A stretch of DNA of 12,247 bases from Candidatus Heimdallarchaeota archaeon B3_Heim (lineage in GTDB: Archaea; Asgardarchaeota; Heimdallarchaeia; Hodarchaeales; Hodarchaeaceae). Positions 7,963 through 12,247 of this stretch are shown piece after piece. The position numbers and the translations under genes are program-made. Numbering within the stretch: the first letter of the stretch is position 1; every line of letters begins with the position of its first letter. The stretch lies in assembly GCA_003144275.1 (NCBI GenBank), contig NJBF01000070.1:1-12247 (forward strand), read 5' to 3'. Below the pieces are notes generated by a model, which was not told the DNA's origin, made no database searches, and saw nothing but the letters and a program-made list of their open reading frames with translations.

Positions 7963-8754
7963 GTGAATTTTCGATACGATTTTACGGTAAAAGATGTCCA
8001 GGATGCTTATGATGGCGCCGTAGGAATCTTATGGGAGGTATTAATGGGAGAACACATTCATATTGGAGGAGAAAAAGAGACCCAGAGATTAGCAGAGAAA
8101 TTGGGAGTAAGAGATACTTATATCCTAGATATATGCTCAGCTCTCGGTGGTCCTTCGAGATACTTGGCAAAAACCTTCAATGCGACGGTACTTGGTGTAG
8201 ACATAACAAAAACAATGTTAGATAAAGCAACTGCTCGAACCCTAAAAGAAGGGTTACAAAATAAGGTAGAATTTCGGAGAGGGAACGCTTTGGATTTACC
8301 AGTAAGTAGTAACAGTATGGATATTGTTTGGGGACAGGATGCCTGGTGTTATGTAACCGACAAGGCACGATTAATACAAGAAGCTGTTAGAGTCTGCAAA
8401 CCTGGAGGAAAAATAGGCTTTACAGATTGGATTTTAGGTTCCACTCCACTTTCACAAGAAGAAGCAGATTTTCTTTATGAATTCATGATTTTCCCTAATT
8501 TAGAAACTCTTGACGGTTATAAGTTGCTCTTAGAGGATAACAAATGTCAAATACTGGAAATAGAAAATCTTCAGGAAGATTTTGCTACTCATATGAAGTA
8601 TTATTATGACAAAATTCAAGAGATGCGAGATTCTATTATTCAAGAATTTGGGTCAGATTTGTACCAAATTGCAGAAGCGGGAGTTAAGGCATGGAAGGCC
8701 GCTTCTGAGCAAGGAAAAGTAACGCGGGGTTTATGGATTGCAGAAAAAATTTAA
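7963..8754 (+). CDS. Class I SAM-dependent methyltransferase (sarcosine/dimethylglycine- or phosphoethanolamine-N-methyltransferase-like fold; substrate unknown)
   Basis: MGEHIHIGG, motif I variant ILDICSALGGPSRYLA, GVDIT, GNALDLP...DIVWGQDAWCYV, VCKPGGKIGFTDW. Good RBS upstream. Confidence 0.88.
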   Translation: MNFRYDFTVKDVQDAYDGAVGILWEVLMGEHIHIGGEKETQRLAEKLGVRDTYILDICSALGGPSRYLAKTFNATVLGVDITKTMLDKATARTLKEGLQNKVEFRRGNALDLPVSSNSMDIVWGQDAWCYVTDKARLIQEAVRVCKPGGKIGFTDWILGSTPLSQEEADFLYEFMIFPNLETLDGYKLLLEDNKCQILEIENLQEDFATHMKYYYDKIQEMRDSIIQEFGSDLYQIAEAGVKAWKAASEQGKVTRGLWIAEKI

Positions 8755-8768
8755 CGGAAGAAACAAAA

Positions 8769-9833
8769 ATGTATGATGAACCGAATTCTGCATTCCTTCA
8801 TGGAGGAATGTCATCGGAGACTCTGATTCAGAAGAAATACTTTAATGAGGGCTTGATATATACTTTGCAGATCGAATCAACCCTTAAATGTGCACAGGGT
8901 TGTTCATATTGTTACGCAGAATCTACACCATCCAGTTCTGAACTTTTGGAATCAGAAAAAATCAAAAAAATTATTGATGAAGCTACCGAAATCAAAGTTC
9001 GATGTATCGATTGGCTAGGGGGTGATCCTCTGGTCCGAAAAGACTGGTATGACCTACTGTTATACTCACAAGAAAAAGGGCTAATTAATAATATTTGGAC
9101 CTCTGGAATTCCTTTAAAGAATGAGGAAATTGCAAAAAAAGCTATCACTGTTACACAAAACGGAGGTTTTATTTCTGTACACCTCGATTCACTTAATCCT
9201 GACGTCTACAAGCAGGTTCATAAGTATAGGGTCGAAGAGAATATTGAGGCTATCATCAAAGGAATAGATAATATTCTGTCTCTAGGTAAAGATCCAAAGG
9301 AAATCTGGAATTGTATCACGTTAACAAACCCAGTGGCAGTTAGTGATGTCTATGAAACCATGGCCTGGTTTTGGAATGAAAAGAATATAAGAACTGTTCT
9401 CACTCTCTATAATCCAGTGGCAAGCTCTGACCCTCGTGATGAGCTAGTCCCCTCCAATGGATTAATTCAAAAAGCTTATCAAGGTCGGGACGAAATTATG
9501 TATGGGGATGACCTATCTTTCTCCACAATGGATGTTAATAAATTCTATTGCGGAAGTATGATTTGTATTACAAATGATGGTTACTATACACCCTGCAGCG
9601 TCATCCGTACAAAAGAATTCGGAAATCATAAGAATTTAAGTTTAATAGAACTTCTGGAAGAAAATCCTGGAGATATCTTAATGAAACAGCTTCGGGATCC
9701 AAATAATTTACCCGAACCATGTTCAAATTGTGACCAAAATGAAGTTTGCTTTGGTTGTCGATCTTCTGCTTACTACTACTCTGGAGATATGTTTGGGTGT
9801 GATCCCAAATGCTCTAAATGTAATCCAAGCTGA
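8769..9833 (+). CDS. Radical SAM enzyme with SPASM domain (NirJ/AhbD/PqqE-like architecture; function unknown)
   Basis: CAQGCSYC (CxxxCxxC), GGDPL, WTSG, and a SPASM Cys array: FYCGSMIC...DGYYTPC...CSNCxxxxxCFGCRSSAYYYSGDMFGCDPKC. The start may be ATG 8769 (14 nt after the upstream stop) or ATG 8733 (overlapping it). Confidence 0.92.
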   Translation: MYDEPNSAFLHGGMSSETLIQKKYFNEGLIYTLQIESTLKCAQGCSYCYAESTPSSSELLESEKIKKIIDEATEIKVRCIDWLGGDPLVRKDWYDLLLYSQEKGLINNIWTSGIPLKNEEIAKKAITVTQNGGFISVHLDSLNPDVYKQVHKYRVEENIEAIIKGIDNILSLGKDPKEIWNCITLTNPVAVSDVYETMAWFWNEKNIRTVLTLYNPVASSDPRDELVPSNGLIQKAYQGRDEIMYGDDLSFSTMDVNKFYCGSMICITNDGYYTPCSVIRTKEFGNHKNLSLIELLEENPGDILMKQLRDPNNLPEPCSNCDQNEVCFGCRSSAYYYSGDMFGCDPKCSKCNPS

Positions 9834-9837
9834 AACG

Positions 9838-9856
9838 AAAAAAAAAGGGGTTTTTT
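9838..9856. terminator. Bidirectional oligo(T) terminator between convergent genes
   Basis: A9-GGGG-T6 gives a T-tract on each strand, 4 nt after the rSAM stop and about 20 nt after the 7TM gene stop. Oligo-U termination is typical of archaea. Confidence 0.6.
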
Positions 9857-9875
9857 GATTGCAGCGGAGATCTTT

Positions 9876-10643
9876 TTAATTTCCACCAAGCAATCTTTTG
9901 AACCAATTAGGCATTAAGTAGCCGATCATACTAGATAATCCTGCGATAGAAGCTGTTAACCAAGCTATAAAATACCAATAAGTATAACCTTCGGGAGAAA
10001 AACGATCGAGAAAGAAGAAGACAAAAACAAGAATTTCAAATACAGCTGTTAAGCTAATCATAAAAAATCCTCCTCTAGCCAACCTAGTATTCGAGTTGAT
10101 CGTTGCTTGAAATGCTTTTACTAGTAGAATTAAAAATCCGACAGTAGACACGATTACATGCCAAATAAGTAGATGAATTGATATATACTCACCAGGAAGT
10201 TCCAAAAAGGGTGCAGATTGTAACTGAAAGATAAAAATCATTAAGAAACCGAGAGTGATCCCATTTGCAAGTGTTATAACTTCTCTTAAGTTCGTAATCT
10301 TTGTATCTTCATCAAAAAAGATATCCTCGGTAAAATAATACAAGAATACATTACCTAATAATGAAAACGCATATCCAATGTTAATTCCAACGGTAGAAAT
10401 ATCGATTTGATCCCCCGTTAAGAAGTTTGTCGTTTTTGTGCTGAATAACATTAATACAGCCAAGAAATAGAAAGCGAAACTCAAGAATAGGTTTCTAGTT
10501 GCATTTTTCCTAGTACTCTTCCATTTAGAAGCAAGGTTCATTGTCAGATAAGTATACACTAGTAAAGCAGTTCCTTCAGCGATTAACGCCAAAGGAGGAA
10601 TTTCTGATATTTGTTGTTGTATTAAAAGTATTTCTGAAATCAT
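9876..10643 (-). CDS. Seven-transmembrane membrane protein (receptor-like, HisKA_7TM-type topology, no cytoplasmic output domain)
   Basis: Seven hydrophobic segments counted by eye, a basic loop (KWKSTRKNATR) after TM1, and a YLMPNWFKR C-terminal tail. 12 nt downstream of the longin-like gene with a GTGA RBS. Confidence 0.7.
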   Translation of the reverse strand: MISEILLIQQQISEIPPLALIAEGTALLVYTYLTMNLASKWKSTRKNATRNLFLSFAFYFLAVLMLFSTKTTNFLTGDQIDISTVGINIGYAFSLLGNVFLYYFTEDIFFDEDTKITNLREVITLANGITLGFLMIFIFQLQSAPFLELPGEYISIHLLIWHVIVSTVGFLILLVKAFQATINSNTRLARGGFFMISLTAVFEILVFVFFFLDRFSPEGYTYWYFIAWLTASIAGLSSMIGYLMPNWFKRLLGGN

Positions 10644-10655
10644 TTTCTTTCACTT

Positions 10656-11144
10656 TTACCATAATCCACTATCTTTGAGTTTGTCAGCTACTTTTTCCTC
10701 TTTTTTCGGGTCACAATGAATATTAGAGGTCTTTTTGATTGATTCGATATTCCTCATTATGATACGCCTGAATTCAGGAACAAGATGTTCATTCAATACT
10801 GTATCAACAATCAATTCTTTTTCTTGGTAAGAACGATAGAATGTTTCGGCATGATTATTAATTGTAACTAATGTTGGATACCAACAATCGGTATTTGCCT
10901 CGCGAGATATGGCTATCACACTGAGAATTTCTTTAGAGCCTGTTATGATAAGATTGGCTGTGTTCGTTTGAAATGATGTTAATTGGCCAATTTCAAAATC
11001 ATGAGCCATCCCTCTGAGTGCTACTAAAAATCCTCCAAAGAGGACAGAATCAGTTTTTGTATGACCAAACTCAAAGGAAGAAATAGGAATCCCCGAATCC
11101 TTATCTATAATCCATAAACCAATAAATCCTTGGGTATCTTCCAC
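10656..11144 (-). CDS. Longin/roadblock-like (profilin-like fold) domain protein
   Basis: FIGLWIIDKDSGIPI (beta-hairpin), DSVLFGGFLVALRGMAHDF (helix), GQLTSFQT..NLIIT...ILSVIAI (strands), then a helix. This is the beta-beta-alpha-beta-beta-beta-alpha-alpha order of longin domains. GAGTGA RBS precedes the GTG, and an in-frame TGA just upstream fixes the start. Confidence 0.62.
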   Translation of the reverse strand: MEDTQGFIGLWIIDKDSGIPISSFEFGHTKTDSVLFGGFLVALRGMAHDFEIGQLTSFQTNTANLIITGSKEILSVIAISREANTDCWYPTLVTINNHAETFYRSYQEKELIVDTVLNEHLVPEFRRIIMRNIESIKKTSNIHCDPKKEEKVADKLKDSGLW

Positions 11145-11292
11145 GCTTGATCACTCAGGGGAAACGGTGTAAAATCTTGAGGAGTTTGACTTTTCAACAA
11201 AATAGCTACGTATTCATTCCTCAATATCCCTTTTTAATAATTACTTTTCTAATTAAATTCTTCTTCTAGTGACACTGTCCTATCTAGATATA

Positions 11293-11315
11293 TCCTAAGA
11301 TCCTAAGAGTTATAA
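11293..11315 (+). promoter_or_regulatory. Putative promoter of the DtxR-family gene (TTATAA at 11310-11315) preceded by an 8-bp tandem repeat TCCTAAGA x2
   Basis: Direct reading of the sequence. TATA spacing favours GTG 11361 over ATG 11331 as the start. Confidence 0.4.
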
Positions 11316-11360
11316 GGTCTAATTAATCATATGACCTTACATATCTTAGATGGGATAATT

Positions 11361-12044
11361 GTGCATTTAAAACCTCATAAACTTCGAGATATTGAAGAGG
11401 AGATTATGGAAGCTCTTTTTGACCTTCAATTTTCTCTTTGTGATGATTCTCACTTGAAAATGAAACAAATTCTTGATCGCATCGGTCCTCAGGTGTCAAA
11501 GACACAACTGACGAATATTGTTCAGAGAAAACTTGAAAAACTTGGATATGTCCATTATACCCCGTACGAAGGGGTTCGTCTCACAACTGAGGGATTTGAA
11601 GTTGCACGTAAGGTTGCCCGAAATCATAGATTAGCAGAAGCGATGCTTTTTCAAATCTTTCACATGCCCTTCAAGACTATTCATGAACAAGCTTGTCTCC
11701 TAGAACATGCTATTTCCGATGAAATGGCTCAATACATTTACAAGGCGCTCCCAGAAAAGAGTACTCCATTTGGAATCATGATTCCTATGTCGGCAAATGA
11801 GGAATTTGCTTGTTCCGATCAAACTATCATAGATACTCCTAAGGGATCAAAGGTAGTTTTAACTCGTATTTCTATCCATAATTATGAAACAGCTAATCAT
11901 CTTTTCAACTATGGAATAAATGGGATAGGAGAAAAATTTCAGGTGATAAATCAAACTAAGAAAAGCGTTGTTATCAGTAATAAAGGTTCAGAGTTTACTA
12001 TTCCTCTGGATCTTGCAAAAACTCTTTATGTTGATCCAGTATAA
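11361..12044 (+). CDS. dtxR: DtxR/MntR-family metal-dependent transcriptional repressor with C-terminal FeoA-like domain
   Basis: EEEIMEAL, winged helix KLEKLGYVHYTPYEGVRLTTEG, HRLAE and HEQACLLEH (metal ligands equivalent to DtxR H79/E83/H98/C102/E105/H106), and an SH3/FeoA-like tail. The start is GTG 11361 or ATG 11331. The symbol denotes the family; the metal is unresolved. Confidence 0.9.
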   Translation: MHLKPHKLRDIEEEIMEALFDLQFSLCDDSHLKMKQILDRIGPQVSKTQLTNIVQRKLEKLGYVHYTPYEGVRLTTEGFEVARKVARNHRLAEAMLFQIFHMPFKTIHEQACLLEHAISDEMAQYIYKALPEKSTPFGIMIPMSANEEFACSDQTIIDTPKGSKVVLTRISIHNYETANHLFNYGINGIGEKFQVINQTKKSVVISNKGSEFTIPLDLAKTLYVDPV

Positions 12045-12182
12045 TTTGATGAATAATCTGAAAATAGCGATGAAGACATGATCATTTTTGTCCGACAAGG
12101 CAATATTTCTCGTATTCGCAGACCTCTCTCTCTTCAGTCTTCACGTAACTACGATAAAGGATAGATGCTTTTCTTTTCTGAT

Positions 12183-12197
12183 GAAAAGGTTTAAATA
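12183..12197 (+). promoter_or_regulatory. Putative archaeal promoter: BRE-like GAAAAGG plus TATA box TTTAAATA
   Basis: GAAAAGG at 12183-12189 directly followed by TTTAAATA at 12190-12197; GGTGA RBS at 12222-12226. Confidence 0.6.
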
Positions 12198-12235
12198 ATG
12201 GTAGTTCCGCATATAAAGATTGGTGAATCTACTAT

Positions 12236-12247
12236 ATGCGTTTTGAA
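12236..12247 (+). CDS. Start of a gene running off the window (MRFE...), product unknown
   Basis: ATG 12236 lies 9 nt after a GGTGA RBS and about 38 nt after a TATA box. Only 4 codons are visible. Confidence 0.45.

Noticed and set aside
7963-8754. Calling the methyltransferase ArsM (arsenite methyltransferase), given the TIGR04282 gene nearby
   Set aside because: It lacks the ArsM SNCVxNL and GC..GA cysteine motifs. Its Cys in DAWCY is offset from the ArsM position, and the overall pattern fits a different subfamily.
1429-9148. Minor ORF-track entries: 1429-1638(-), 2318-2722(-), 3383-3613(+), 4914-5099(+), 5011-5505(-), 6613-6894(-), 7589-7828(+), 7982-8170(-), 8031-8225(+), 8177-8368(-), 8912-9148(-)
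   Set aside because: Each overlaps a longer gene with clear family motifs (antisense or alternate frame), and none shows recognisable motifs. They are most likely shadow ORFs.
8769-9833. Calling the radical SAM enzyme ArsS, PqqE, MftC or AhbD
   Set aside because: It has a SPASM domain rather than an ArsS-type C-terminus, and no pqq, mft or ahb partner genes or clear precursor are in the window. The motifs support only the superfamily.
9831-9917. Selenocysteine or pyrrolysine readthrough at terminal TGA/TAG codons (rSAM 9831, GT87 7229, TrmB 658, DUF2064 3300)
   Set aside because: Each stop falls where the family domain is already complete. Downstream frames are short or run into terminators or convergent genes, and no SECIS-like element was recognised.
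12082-12245. Possible minus-strand gene tail entering from the right edge (QNAYSRF...IVVT*, stop at 12141) and a short MKTEEREVCEYEKYCLVGQK ORF
   Set aside because: Both are short, have no motifs, and overlap a well-formed plus-strand promoter and RBS.
12198-12247. Alternative plus-strand ORF MVVPHIKIGESTICVL... from ATG 12198
   Set aside because: The ATG abuts the TATA box. ATG 12236, with a GGTGA RBS at proper spacing, is the better start.
1-12247. CRISPR arrays, tRNA/rRNA genes, IS elements or integrases
   Set aside because: No regularly spaced repeats, cloverleaf or rRNA-like GC-rich segments, transposase motifs or terminal inverted repeats were seen. Intergenic gaps are all under about 240 bp.

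Overview
AT-rich, gene-dense window of an archaeal chromosome. TATA/BRE-like boxes, GGTGA/GGAGG ribosome-binding sites, a TrmB regulator and a longin-like + 7TM gene pair suggest an Asgard-type archaeon (inference, not proven). Gene order: a 5'-truncated TrmB-like regulator; a YeeE/YedE sulfur-compound transporter; a DPM-synthase-like GT2; a TIGR04282/DUF2064 transferase with no canonical start codon; an inverted Cys-rich 4Fe-4S protein; a membrane GT2 resembling animal Egghead/BRE-3; a GT-C (GT87/DUF2029-like) transferase; an inverted DoxX/DoxD-like membrane protein; a class I methyltransferase plus radical SAM/SPASM pair; a convergent longin-like + 7TM operon; a DtxR/MntR regulator; and the first codons of another gene. 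The main candidate for an undescribed system is the 734-9833 cluster. It combines a lipid-linked sugar relay, a DUF2064 transferase, sulfur/chalcogen handling and methylation/radical chemistry, and may build a modified glycolipid or glycoconjugate. No rRNA, tRNA, CRISPR array or mobile element was recognised. All family assignments come from motif recognition by eye, not database searches.
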